A stretch of 64,000 nucleotides of DNA from Octopus sinensis (GCF_006345805.1 NC_043000.1:124124001-124188000), one strand, 5' to 3'. Positions 27,067 to 39,340 are shown, numbered from the stretch's first letter. Notes: a model not told the origin generated them from the letters alone. Translations and numbers: made by a program.

Positions 27067-27131
27067 CTATAAGTGTTGAAGTGAAGATAAATATAGAAAA
27101 TGGGACGGCCTTATCTGATTCACCAACACAC
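27067..27131 (-). CDS. OATP penultimate exon, 65 nt (KCVGESDKAVPFSIFIFTSTLIG), copy 1 in transcription order
   Basis: Matches the OATP 'R.V...DK..A.G' segment. ttccag|G ... G|GTAAGA, phase 2/1, which bridges the 30849 and 21681 exons exactly. Confidence 0.85.
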
Positions 27132-27186
27132 CTGGAACAGAATATTTAGATAAACTGATTATGATATTTAGAAAATTATTTTTGAG

Positions 27187-27187
<1 letters not shown>

Positions 27188-27220
<33 letters not shown>

Positions 27221-27230
27221 ATCCATCTAT

Positions 27231-27264
<34 letters not shown>

Positions 27265-27271
27265 CCATCCA

Positions 27272-27304
<33 letters not shown>

Positions 27305-27338
27305 ATCCATCTATATATATATATATATCCATCCATCT

Positions 27339-27369
<31 letters not shown>

Positions 27370-27394
27370 CATCCATCCATCCATCCATCTATAT

Positions 27395-27429
<35 letters not shown>

Positions 27430-27498
27430 ATAATATATATATATATATAAATAATATATATATATATATATATATATATCCATCCATCCATCCATCTA

Positions 27499-27587
<89 letters not shown>
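27188..27587. repeat. Compound (TA)n/(TCCA)n microsatellite at the right boundary of the triplication
   Basis: Seen directly. Confidence 0.95.
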
Positions 27588-27986
27588 CTAGGGTGTTGGA
27601 ACTCCTACATTGCTAGAAATAAGAGCTAAAACGCTCTCATGCTGCAGTCAAAGCATGTAATTGTATACTTATATACTGACCTGTCAGTATATAAATATTT
27701 AGTGATAATTATAATTTCCACTTTCACTAACATATTGCTGTCTGTATTAATTATATATATATATATTGAGGAATAGTAGTCATGAGATGGAAAAGGTATC
27801 AAATTTCATAGTACAAGAACTGTGAGCTTGTATTCCATTGCTGGCATTATGCTAAACAGACATTGAACTCACCTGCCTTTACACCGTACACTGTATAGAA
27901 AACCCTGCTGACATGGAAAAGGCAAGCATAAAAATAATTATGAAAATGATATATATCTGTGTATGTGTGTGTGTGCATACACACAC

Positions 27987-28191
27987 ATGAGGGATTGCTG
28001 AAAAGTTCCTGGCTTTGGGTAAAAGAAAATACAGGAGGATCAGTTAATTATGATTTTATTCAACATATTCCCCTCTCAGATTCATACACTTATTGCAGCA
28101 GTCCTTCAGTTTTTCTAAGCCCGCTAAAAGAACTCTAAACAGACCTTTCATGAAAACCTTAAAGCCAGGTACTTTTCAGCACCCCTTTGTA
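27987..28191. mobile_element. Mariner-like MITE
   Basis: TIRs GAGGGATTGCTGAAAAGTTCCTGGCTTT / AAAGCCAGGTACTTTTCAGCACCCCT in a microsatellite context. Confidence 0.65.
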
Positions 28192-28239
28192 TGTATGCAT
28201 ATGTGTGCATGCATGTGTGTGTGTATGATATGATATATA

Positions 28240-28280
<41 letters not shown>

Positions 28281-28289
28281 TAGCCGACA

Positions 28290-28363
28290 GGTTTTGGCAT
28301 CTGATGATATGCCATAAAGCTAAACCCTTTATGGATGTGAAACCTAAGGTAATCCCATAAACC
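28290..28363 (+). ncRNA. Type-I hammerhead ribozyme motif in a short island between (TA)n tracts
   Basis: GGTTTTGGCAT-CTGATGA-tatg-CCATAAAG-ctaaacc-CTTTATGG-atgt-GAAAC-CTAAG-GTA-ATCCCATAAACC. Perfect 8-bp stem II; extended stem I with one mismatch and one bulge. Confidence 0.7.
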
Positions 28364-28446
28364 AGCCTTATCTAACTTTAATATTATACATATATATATA
28401 TATAAAATGAAAATAAATGTTTCCTTCTCCAGCCATGCCAGGCTCA

Positions 28447-28586
<140 letters not shown>

Positions 28587-28587
28587 C

Positions 28588-29690
28588 TTGCTCAGAGTAA
28601 AAAGTAGACTGTATGACGCATGTGTGCAAAAAGCCATGCAACATGGGAGTGAAACATGGGACATGACTGCTGAGAGTATGCGTAAGCTTGCAAGGAATGA
28701 AGCTAGTATGCTCTGCTGGATGTGTAATGTCAGTGTGCATACATGACAGAGTATAAGCACCCTGAGAGAAAAGTTGGGCATAAGAAGCATCAGATGTGGT
28801 ATGCAAGAGAGACGACTGTGCTGGTATGGTCATGTCTTGCATATGGATGAGGATAGGTGTGTGAAAAAGTGTCACATCCTAGCAGTAGAGGGAACCTGTG
28901 GAAGAGGTAGGAAGACCTGGGATGAGGTGGTGAAGCATGACCTTCAAATATTCGGCATCAGCAAGGCGATGACAAGTGACTGAGACCTTTGGAGATTATC
29001 TCTGCTTGAGAAGACCCAGCAAGCCAAGTGGGACCATAACAGTGGCCTATGCCAGTGCAGCATAACCAGCCCATTTAAGAGTACTCTTCAATCATTGGGC
29101 AATAAACTGCATTTGCAAAGACATGTTGAGGCAAGTAAAGTCGTCGTGACCAATGACAGTGCCGCCTGTTTGGTGCCCATGCTTGTGGCACGTACAAAGC
29201 ACCATTCAAGCATAGTTGATGCCAGTGTCAATTGACTGGTCCCGTACTGGTGGCACATAAAAAGCACCATTTGAGTGTGATCATTGCCAGTGCCGTCTGA
29301 CTGGCTCTTGTGCTGGTGGTATGTAAAAAGCACCATTTGAACATGGTCAATGCTAGTGTCGCCTCACTGGTCCTATACCAGTGGCACATAAAAAGCAACA
29401 TTCAAGCATGGTTGCTACCAGTGCTGCCTGACTAGCTCCCATGCCACTGGCATGTAAAAAGCACCATTCAATCATGGTCGATGCCAGTACTACCTGACTG
29501 GCACTTATGCCAGTGGCATGTAAAAAGCACCCACTACACTCTCGGAGTGGATGGTATTAGGAAGGGCATTCAGCTGTAGAGTCCTTACCAGATCAGATTG
29601 AAGCCTGGTGTAGCCTCCTGGCTTGTCAGTCCTCAGTCAAACCATCCAACCCATGCCAGCATGGAAGGCAGACGTTAAACGACAATGATG

Positions 29691-29692
<2 letters not shown>
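28588..29692 (+). mobile_element. RTE-clade LINE 3' end with a 66-bp tandem-repeat 3'UTR and (ATG)n tail
   Basis: [22 protein letters not shown]...[20 protein letters not shown]...GRGRKTW, then about 6 repeats of ~66 nt and the tail ...GCATGGAAGGCAGACGTTAAACGA. Tail-only copies at ~4382-4537(-), 13637-13930(-), 44685-45030(-), 50115-50530(+), 51095-51473(+) and 52300-53003(+). Confidence 0.8.
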
Positions 29693-29734
<42 letters not shown>

Positions 29735-30848
29735 TGCTAGTAATGCACTGAATTAACTAGAATGTCTGACTCGTTTGATGGTTTAAAAGTTAGTAATAAA
29801 GGAAATGTTTTAAATATAATTCCACCATCATATTTAGCTTGATACAAGCAGAATATCAGGAAAGTTAATGTATACAGCAGCCAAAGCCCAGAAGTATATA
29901 TTTACTTGTTTAACATTTAAAGTGCTAGGACGACATGCCCAAAACAACAGACAATGACTGTGGTTGAGAAGCATTACTAAATCATATGCAAACACAAATA
30001 ATAAGTCAGTTTTAAAGGTGGTCACATGATTCCTAGGTAATGCATTGACTTAGAGGGTTTAATGGATTTAAAGTTCCAAGTGTGAACCATCCAAAACTGA
30101 CATTTTTCTTTTTTCTCTTTTCTTTGGTCTAAAAGAAAAACCTTGCTTCTTTTACTTTTGGAAGTTTTATTAGGACATCAACATTATCATCATCGTCATT
30201 TAATATCCATTTTCCATGCTGGCATTGATTGGATAGTTTAATAGGATCTAGCAAGCTGCAGGGCAGTGACAAACTTCAATGCCAGCCATTCCCAATACCT
30301 ATTTCTTTACTACCCACAAGGGGCTAAACACAGAGGAGATAAACAAGGACAGACAGATGGATTAAGTCAATTATATCGACCCCAGTGCGTAACTGGTACT
30401 TAATTTATTGACCCCGAAAGGATGAAAGGCAAAGTCAACCTCAGCGGAATTTGAACTCAGAACGTAACGGCAGACGAAATACCGCTAAGCATTTCGCCCG
30501 GCGCGCTAACGTGTCTGCCAGCTTGCCGTCCCAATACCAACCACATTTTAGTGTGTACAGGTTCTTTTTGTTTAGTAAAATACTTGGTTGTGGGTTTGTA
30601 TCTCAAAAATAGTGTGGAGCTTACCTTGAACAAACTACCGAACCCCATCTAGTACTTCATAACTAGCAGTGGAGGAGGCAAGAAATTGAGAAATTATGTC
30701 TTGATAGTAAATTAACCAGATCCTGTCTCATGTTTATCTGTCTGTAGAGCTCTAAACAAATTCTCTTCTCTGGTAATAAATAAATCATTATGCATATCAT
30801 AAACTAATATTTATTTAAATGATAAAAGAAAAACATGCAACAACTTAC

Positions 30849-31006
30849 TTTATTAAAGCAGTGATAACTGAGCTAAAACTTATGCAGCTGATAAAAGCTC
30901 TTATTGATAAGACAAGTGCTAGATAAATTCCTCCATAACATGTATTTGAACATATACCAGGTTTTGCCATTTGAGTTTTACCAACGCATGAACAATTAGA
31001 AAACGT
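30849..31006 (-). CDS. OATP exon (TFSNCSCVGKTQMAKPGICSNTC...ITALI)
   Basis: NCSC...A..G.C...C motif. 158 nt, ttgcag|ACG ... AA|GTAAGT, phase 0/2. Confidence 0.9.
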
Positions 31007-31337
31007 CTGCAATAAAAATATCAATAAATAGCATTGTAAACTCATAATTGTAAAATTAAATTTGTGATACTTGTAATTGAAAAGGCTTTACATTAAATTG
31101 TAATTTTTTTTAAAGAATGAATGAGAAGCTAACTTGATAGGACTTGTAGAACAGATACTGTATGTCCATAATATTAATTGTATGAGAAAATAGCAAGAAA
31201 CTAAACCAGTTGTTCTGAACCATTCTTTGTGTATGGACCCCTTTGATTCCTATTTCACTCTTTTGGACCCCCATAGCCATTTGATGTTTAAAAAAAGCTG
31301 ATTGCTTTTTCATAATTAAATATTATTAGGAATTGTA

Positions 31338-31893
31338 CATTATTTACATTATTTACATTCAACGGATATTTGTCCTCATCTTGTTTGTTGTTAACACAAC
31401 GTTTTGGCTGATATACCCTCCAGCCTTCATCAGGTGTCTTGGGGAAATTTCGAACCTGGGTTCTCATTCCTAAGGTATTTTTCAATGTTGTTATTATTAT
31501 TATTATTTTTATTATTATTATTATTATTGTTCAGGTCACTGCTTGGAATTGAAATGGAATCTTGGGTTAGTAGCCCGTGCTCTTAACCACTACACCATAT
31601 GCCCGTGGGCATAGTGGTTAAGAGTGCGGACTACTAACCCCAAGATTCTGAGTTCGATTCCAAATAGTGACCTGAACAATAATAATAATAATAATAAAAA
31701 TAATAATAATAACATCAAAAAATACCTTAGGAATGAGAACCCAGATTCAAAATTTCCCCAAGACACCTGATGAAGGCTGGAGGGTATATCAGCCGAAACG
31801 TTGTGTTAACAACAAACAAGATGAGGACAAATATCTGTCAAATGTAAATAATGTAAATAATGTACATAATTCCTCATCTTTTAAATATAGAAC
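31338..31893. mobile_element. Head-to-head inverted pair of a tRNA-headed, hammerhead-containing short element
   Basis: Arms ~31335-31600 and ~31608-31866 are reverse complements. The centre has A box (TGGTGTAGTGG / TAGTGGTTAAG) and B box (GAGTTCGATTCC). A 17-bp direct repeat TATTATTAGGAATTGTA flanks the element (31321-31337, 31894-31910). Confidence 0.75.
31763..31806 (+). ncRNA. Minimal hammerhead motif lacking a stem III loop (dimer-type)
   Basis: ACAC-CTGATGA-a-GGCTG-gagggtatat-CAGCC-GAAAC-GTT-GTGT, with palindromic AACGTT. The inverted copy at 31394-31437 has GAAA changed to AAAA. Confidence 0.7.
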
Positions 31894-33372
31894 TATTATT
31901 AGGAATTGTATAAAAAAATATTAAAACATTTTGTTTATTGTATAAGTATAACCAAGTTATTTCACATAAACTTTAACGACAAACTCTTATGTGGACACCA
32001 TCCCCTGAAGGTCATATGGACACCACCTGAGAACCACTGAACTAAACAGAAGATGTGATAGGTATTTTGGTACAAACAAACAACATAAATTATTCTGGAA
32101 TATTAAAGAATATTTAAAGTATTTAGGAGAAGCAGAAATTTATCAGAAAGAGTGATATGATTTTTTCATGTAACAAAAATATTTATCAATAAATGCAGTC
32201 AATCACAAGAATATCATTAAAATAATGTGACTAATTGAACCAAATGAGCTGCAAGGCATAAGTCATAACATGTAGAGTACCCCAAGGTTCCATACTGGGT
32301 CCTGTACTCATCTGTACGTACTTTCATTATCTTACATATTACTTTAATGCTCTTGGTTTAAATCAGATGACCATTTAGCCTCTAAGCCATTACTCATTTC
32401 CTTAATTTATTGTTGATTTTCACATTAATTATTTCTAATTAAGAGTATGGTTTTAATTAGTATGCAAAACTTTGATTCTGGTTATTAGTAAAATATCAAT
32501 CATATAAGAAAATAGTCATAAATTTGTTATTTAGCATCCAGGAAGGCAATAAGCTGGCAGGGTTGTTAGAGCATCAGAAATACTGCTGTATAGCATTAGT
32601 TCTGGTCTTCAGGCTCTGAGTTCAGACCCTATTGAAATCAAATTTAATAATAATGAAATTATTGTAAACAGTGCTCAGGTGCACCACAACTTGTCAAAAG
32701 TGCGTATAAAGTACATGCAGTAATGTACAAATGTCTGGAAAGTGAACAATGTATGAGTCAGATACATGCTTGCGTGTGTATGGAGGGAGAAAATCAGGTG
32801 TTGTGTTGGCGAATCTCAGGAAGCATGGAAATTTTGAAGGATGCAGTGCTTCGACAACCAACAACTGATGCCGGCAGTTTGTTCCATGCTTCAGCAACTC
32901 TAAGCGTGAAAAAATGTTTCCGAAAGTCTTGGAAGCTATGCTGTTTTCTGACTTTGTAAACATGTCCATTAGCCCCCAGGGTAGCCTGCATTAAATAAAC
33001 TCATTACCAATGGTAGTCTATCCATGACCATTCCTTCATTTCTTTTTATCCAAGACCACATTAGCAGATGTCTCCTTCTTTTTAAGTCTCTAAGGTATGA
33101 CATATAGGAGATTTAATTGCTGTTTCTAGCAGGTCATGCAACTATAGAGTAACTCCCTCACTAGTCTGAGTAACTTAGTTGTTGATTGAATTGATAAATG
33201 CCTGATCAAGTGGGTCAAATCACCTTCAAGTATTATATAATCCAGTTACTTAAAACCTTATTCATGACAGTGCAGTTTTGATCTGTTGGACATTCAGAAA
33301 AGAGAAAACAAAGAAAACAGAGAAAAGGTTGAAAGCAAATAAAACGGTATTATTACTATTAAAAAAACATAC

Positions 33373-33544
33373 ATTGGTTTTGATATTGTGATATTGACAG
33401 CCTGCATAGCATGGTGATTTGAATGACCTTCCATCTGCTCCACATACTGGTTCATAATCATGTTCATTACACTGTAGCTTGAGGGAACTGATTTGAAAAC
33501 AGCTCAACTGGTTTAAATCTTGTTGTAAGGTAACTGGAGTAGGG
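33373..33544 (-). CDS. OATP Kazal-like extracellular loop exon (CNEHDYEPVCGADGRSFKSPCYAGC)
   Basis: Kazal-type motif PVCG.DG..F.SPC.AGC. 172 nt, aatag|C ... AAT|GTATGT, phase 2/0. Confidence 0.93.
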
Positions 33545-33809
33545 CTATTGAGAAGAAATAATAAAAAAGCAAGTTACTGTTTGACACTTTGAACAATATC
33601 AATAATATTAACAAAAATATTCACAAAATATCATAATTTCATTGTCATCAGTTTACAAGGCTGTATTCATGAGTGATGAGGGGCAGGGGTCTCATGGAAT
33701 GCTAGAATTGCAGGTGCTGGTAAAGTAATGTGCCACAAAAGGGGAACAGTAGGAAAAAAACCCAAACTTGCTATTTTCAGTTCAGTTTGTGTGCCTGTTT
33801 TAACTTAAC

Positions 33810-34540
33810 AGTAATTTGCGTTGGACAAAACACATCGCTAAAATTGTCAAGAAGGTTGAGGGTGTCTTGGCATCACTCACCAAATCCTTTGTGAGCTGCT
33901 CTCCAGCTATCTATCTGCGGCTTTATATAGCTATGGTAAGACCTCACCTGGAATTTGCATCACCGGTCTGGAACCCCTATCTTGCCCAGGATATCAATTG
34001 TCTGGAAGCTGTTCAGCGACATGCAACCAAAAGAATACCCTCCATCAGGCATTTGCCATATTCTGAATGCCTTACTTCCCTGGGCATGGACACATTGAAA
34101 CTCCGACGTCTGGCAGCTGACTTGGCAGACACCCATAAAATTATCAACGATCTTACAAACAATAACTCCGAGCACCTTTTCGAACTCCACCTGTCTAACA
34201 CCCATGGACATATTTACAGAGTCAGAAAACAGCACAGCTCCCATGACTTTCGGAAACATTTTGTCATGCTGAGAGTTGCTGAAGCATGGAACAAACTGCC
34301 GGCATCAGTTGTTAGTTGTCGGAGCACTGCATCCTTCAAAATTTCCATGCTTTCTGAGATTCGCCAACACTACACCTGATTTTCTCCCCTCCACACACAC
34401 ACAAGCATGTATCTGACTCATACATTGTTCGCTTTCCAGACATTTGTACATTACTGCATATACTCTATACACACTTTCTGACAAGTTGTGGGTGCATCTG
34501 AGCACTGTATACAATAATTTCATTATTATTATTATTATTA
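33810..34540 (+). mobile_element. CR1/L2-group LINE 3' fragment (RT thumb + 3'UTR + (ATT)n tail)
   Basis: LYIAMVRPHLEFASPVWNPY...LEAVQRHATK...FRKHF...RV...WNKLP. Shorter copies at ~19880-20280(-), 32647-32975(-), 42060-42640(-, older) and 49600-49873(+). Confidence 0.88.
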
Positions 34541-35312
34541 TTAACCATTTTGTTACTGTATTTGTTTTGAGATGCTCTGTATTTCTCTCAATTATTTTAG
34601 ACATAGCCAAGAATTTAGTAAAATAACTTAGTTATCATTAAGCTAGTGTTAGAAACATTAATTCTGACTAAGGTTTAGTGGAAGATTTTAATTCAAAACT
34701 TATGAAAACAAGACATTTGTACTACAGAGCCAGAGCCGGCTTCAGCCAGGTTGGTAATGAAAGGGTTAAGGTCACAAATGTTGGGTATTGACTGAAAGGG
34801 TATGACTGCAAATAAAAGCAGCTGAAATGGGGTTCCTCTGAATAAGCTCTGGAGTAATATTAGTCAACAGGGTGCATAGCTTGAAGACCAGGGAATCCTT
34901 CTAGGAAATTTGGCTACTATTTCTGGCAGATTGAACAACCACTTATTGACCTCTATCTCTGTCTCTGTCTGTCTGTCTGTCTCTCTTTCTCTCTCTGAGT
35001 ATACCAAGTAATAAAAATACCATGTAATGGCTTACATAAGAGACAATCTAACAAGTATCTCATTAAGTAAATTATGCTGAATATGCTCCTTTGTTACTCT
35101 TAAAATGAAACTGCACTCTTCAAAACTTGCACTGAGAATAAGGTCAAGATAAAATTTCTACCTGATTTTATAGCAAGTTGATGCAGGTAGTTTATCCCAT
35201 CCTCATGCAATTGTTCATGCAATTGAAAAAAACTGCATTATTTATGGGATGACCCAGTACATAGTCTTATTTTCAGGTAATAAATATTTTCCTTTTGAAA
35301 ATTTTGAAAGTA

Positions 35313-35730
35313 GGTGTAGGGGTGGCTGTGTGGTAAGTAGCTTGCTTATGAACCACATAGTTCTGGGTTCAGTCCCACTGCATGGCACCTTGGGCAAGTG
35401 TCTTCTACTGTAGTCTCGAGCCAACCAAAATTTTGCGAGTGGATTAGTTAGACAGAAACTGAAAGAAGCCCATCGTATATATGTATATATATGTGTGTGT
35501 GTGTGTGTATGTGTGTATGCTTCTGTGTCTGTGTTTGTCCCCCTAACATTGCTTGCCAACCGATGCTGGTGTGTTTACACCCCCGTAACTTAGTGGTTCA
35601 GCAAAAGAGACCGATAGAATAAGTACTAGGCTTACAAAGAATAAGTCCTGGGGTCGATTTGCTCAACTAAAGGCGGTGCTCCTGCATGGCCACAGTCGAA
35701 TGACTGAAACAAGTAAAAGAGTAAAAGAGT
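35313..35730 (+). mobile_element. tRNA-derived SINE family A (internal (TA)/(TG) microsatellite, AAAAGAGT tail), representative copy
   Basis: Head GGTGGCTGTGTGGTAAG...GGGTTCAGTCCC, then CACCTTGGGCAAGTGTCTTC. Other copies at ~1-181(-), 4152-4720(-), 38654-39090(-), 40770-41285(+), 43577-43945(+), 45565-45963(+), 46220-46618(-), 51890-52266(-), 54270-54779(-), 60920-61357(+), 61495-61949(-) and in each triplication unit. Confidence 0.88.
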
Positions 35731-37486
35731 ATCCGTTTCATTTTGTATAAGCACCAAGAAATTTAATGGAAGCCAAATTATAATTATTGTATGTATGCCA
35801 TATTGGTTTCGAATTTTGGTACAAGGCCAGACATTTTTTGGGAGGGGTTAAGTTGATTGTATTGACCCCAGGATGCAACTGGTACTTGTTTTGTCAATCC
35901 CGAAAGGATAAAAGACAAAGTCAACTTTTGAAGAATTTTAACTCAGAATGCAAAGATGGACGAAATGCCACTCGGCTTTTAGCCTGGTGTGCTTATGGTT
36001 CTGCCAGCTCACTGCCTTCATATGTTTGCCATATTACCTGACATAATCGATGGTGGCAAAGGATTACTTCCACAGTTACCTATCATGTGACAAATAGCAC
36101 TCAAGTTGTCAACATGTTTATAATCAAAGGTAATTTTAATAGTGTTTATATAAAGATATATTCTATGTGACAGGTTAATAGTTTTTCTTTATTGCTTTGT
36201 TTAAATATTGATAGGGCTTAATAATCAATGGAGGAAGAGCTTTGTCAATATTGATCTGATAATATCTAAGTCAACTGTGGTTTGTAGATAGAATAAAGAC
36301 TGAACAAACATATGAGATAGACTATTGAACAAAGCCAGATAACACGAATAATCCTTTCTACGGTTGGTACAAGGCCTGAAATTTTTGGGGAGGGGATTAA
36401 GTCGATTACATCAACCTCAGTGTTTCACTGGTACTTAATTTGTCTATCCCGAAAGGATAAAAGGCAAAGTTGACCTTGGCGGAATTTGAACTCAGAACAT
36501 AGTAGCAGACAAAATACCTATTTCTTTATTACCCACAAGGGGCTAAACACAGAGAGGACAAACAAGGACAGACAAACGGATTAAGTCGATTATATCGACC
36601 CCAGTGCGCAACTGGTACTTATTTGATCGACCCTGAAAGGATGAAAGGCAAAGTTGACCTCGGTGGAATTTGAACTCAGAACATAGTGGCAGACAAAATA
36701 CCTATTTCTTTACTACCCACAAGGGGCTAAACACAGAGAGGACAAACAAGGACAGACAAACGGATTAAGTCGATTATATCGATCCCAGTGCATAACTGGT
36801 ACTTATTTAATCGACCCCGAAAGGATGAAAAGCAAAGTCGACCTCAGTGGAATTTGAACTCAGAATGTAACGGCAGACAAAATACCACTAAGCATTTCGC
36901 CGGGCATGCTAAGAATTTGCTGCTTTAGATAACACAAATAATCCTTCCTACTCTAGGCACAAGGCCTGGCATTTTTAGGAAGGAGACCAGTGCGTAACTG
37001 GTACTTAATTTATCCCCCCCCCCCAAGGATGAAAGGTAAAGTTGACCCTGCATGGAATTTGAACTAGGAACAGAATGACAGACGAAATACTACTAAGCAT
37101 TTCACTGGCTAACGATTCTACCAGTTTGCTGCCTTAGATAACACAAATAATAACTCAAACTTGTCACAGGTCATTATAAAGGACAGTCACTCCCAAACAT
37201 ATTTTTACTTACAGTGTACTTTAGAGAAGTTAGAAAATAAGAAAAAATATATATTCAAAATTGGATTTATGTATTTTGGCCTATAAATTGCAGTCAGGTA
37301 ATTATTATTATTTCTTTATTCTTTGTGAAAGATGAGCTTGCTGTTTTGAGGGAAAAATTTTTTATATTTGCACCTATTTCAGTTAAACAGACCTTCATTT
37401 CATTATCTCTCTCTTACTCTCTCTCTCTCTCTCTCTTTTATTTAATGCTTGTGATTGAAGAAAAATCCAATTCACATAAATAGTAC

Positions 37487-37532
<46 letters not shown>

Positions 37533-37656
37533 AATGATGGCATACACCCCTCTATAAGTTGGGTTTATATCCCCAATGTCATATCTTCATCACCCTCTCC
37601 CCCCTCTCTTTCCCTGTCTATCTATCTATCCCTCTATCTATCTATCATTCTATCAT

Positions 37657-37711
<55 letters not shown>

Positions 37712-37717
37712 GCCGCC

Positions 37718-37750
<33 letters not shown>

Positions 37751-38850
37751 GTCAATCTATTCATCTATCTATGTATCTCTCACCACTCACACTTCACACA
37801 AAGTAGCTGTGTTTCTCCTCTGCTGCAAGACACCTTTTTCTGTCCCCCAATACCACTCCTCCTCTCAGTTAGGGAGCTTAACTTGCAAGTTACTCAATGA
37901 CTTCACTGCTGCTGGTGCCATGTGAAAAGTACCCAGTACACTTTGTAAAGTATTTGACATGGAAAAGGCAACCAGCCATGGAAACCATGCCAAAGTTGGT
38001 GCAGTCTTCTGACTTGTCATTTCCTGTCAAACCAGCCAACCCAGCATTGAAAACGGATGATAAATGATGATGATAGTGGAGATGCTACTGCTGCTGTTGC
38101 TGTTGAGCGAAGCGGTCTTCGTCCCAGAGCTTGCAAGATGGGAGAAGTCCGAAACATGATCCTTTGCTATTCATAAGACCCGCAGAAGAGAAAGCAGGTC
38201 AAACCCCGACACCGAGAGCATCAATGGATGGATGAATGCGCATCCAGGCTCAGCAGTTGCAGTGGAAGTCGGGGACAAGAAACAGGAAGAAAGAGTGAGA
38301 GAAAGTTAGGGCGAAAGAGTACAACAGGGGTCGCCACCACTCCCTGCCGGAGCCTCATGGAGCTTTAGGTGTTTTCACTCAATAAACACACACAATGCCC
38401 GGTTTGGGAATCGAAACCGTGATCCTCCGACCACAAGTCCGCTGCCCTAACCACTGAGCCATTGCGCCTCCTGATGCTGCTGCTGCTGCTGATGGACTAC
38501 TTAAGTTTTACCAAATCTACTCACAAGACTTAGGATGGCCCAGAACAAGAACAGAAAATACTTGCCCAAAGTGCAGCACAATGGGACTGAAGCCGTGATC
38601 ATATGGTTAGGAAGCAAGCTTCTTACCAGACAGCCATAGCTGCACCTGTATATACTCTTTTACTTGTTTCAGTCATTTGACTGTGACCATGCTGGAGCAC
38701 TGCCTTCAGTTGAGCAAATCAACCCGAGGACTTATTCCTTGTAAGCCTAGTACTTATTCTATCGGTCTCTTTTGCCGAACCGCTAAGTTACGGGAACGTA
38801 AACACACCAGCATTGGTTGTCAAGAGATGTTGGGATGACAAACACAGACA

Positions 38851-38912
<62 letters not shown>

Positions 38913-39340
38913 CATATACATATATACGACGGGCTTCTTTCAGTTTCCGTCTACCAAATCCACTCACAAGGCTTTGGTCAGCCTGAGGCTATAGTAGAAG
39001 ACACTTGCCCAAGGTGCCACGCAGTGGGACTGAAGCTGGAACCATGTGGTTGGTAAGCAAGCTACTTACCACACAGCCACTCCTGCGCCTATCTACATCA
39101 ATATAGGATAGTATGTCCAACAAAAATACTTTACTGTTCTTATTTAGACCAGTAATATAATTCCAAACAAAGTCTTGTGATAAATATAATCAACTAAACC
39201 TTTTGAAGGAACAACCCTGGCATGGCTGCAATCATCCAGTGAGTGTAACAAATAACATAGACAAAGAACAATACTATAACTGGCTTCTAATACTGATTCA
39301 CACATAGCAGTCAGCAATCAAATCAATATTACCATATTAC

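Larger units (their letters stand above)
22118..27190. repeat. Tandem triplication of a ~1.69-1.70 kb unit (starts at 22118, 23809, 25512) bounded by (TA)n tracts
   Basis: The three units look identical by eye except for TA-repeat counts and a 1-nt T insertion near 26540. Each unit holds SINEs, a mariner MITE and the 65-nt OATP exon. Confidence 0.97.
31207..32039. mobile_element. hAT-type MITE hosting the hammerhead element
   Basis: Termini CAGTTGTTCTGA...TGAGAACCACTG, with an 8-bp TSD AACTAAAC at 31199-31206 and 32040-32047. Confidence 0.8.

Noticed and set aside
29130-29530. Regularly spaced ~66-bp repeats resembling a CRISPR array (also 52325-52845)
   Set aside because: The whole unit is repeated with no unique spacers, there are no cas genes, and the array is part of an RTE LINE 3'UTR in a eukaryotic genome.
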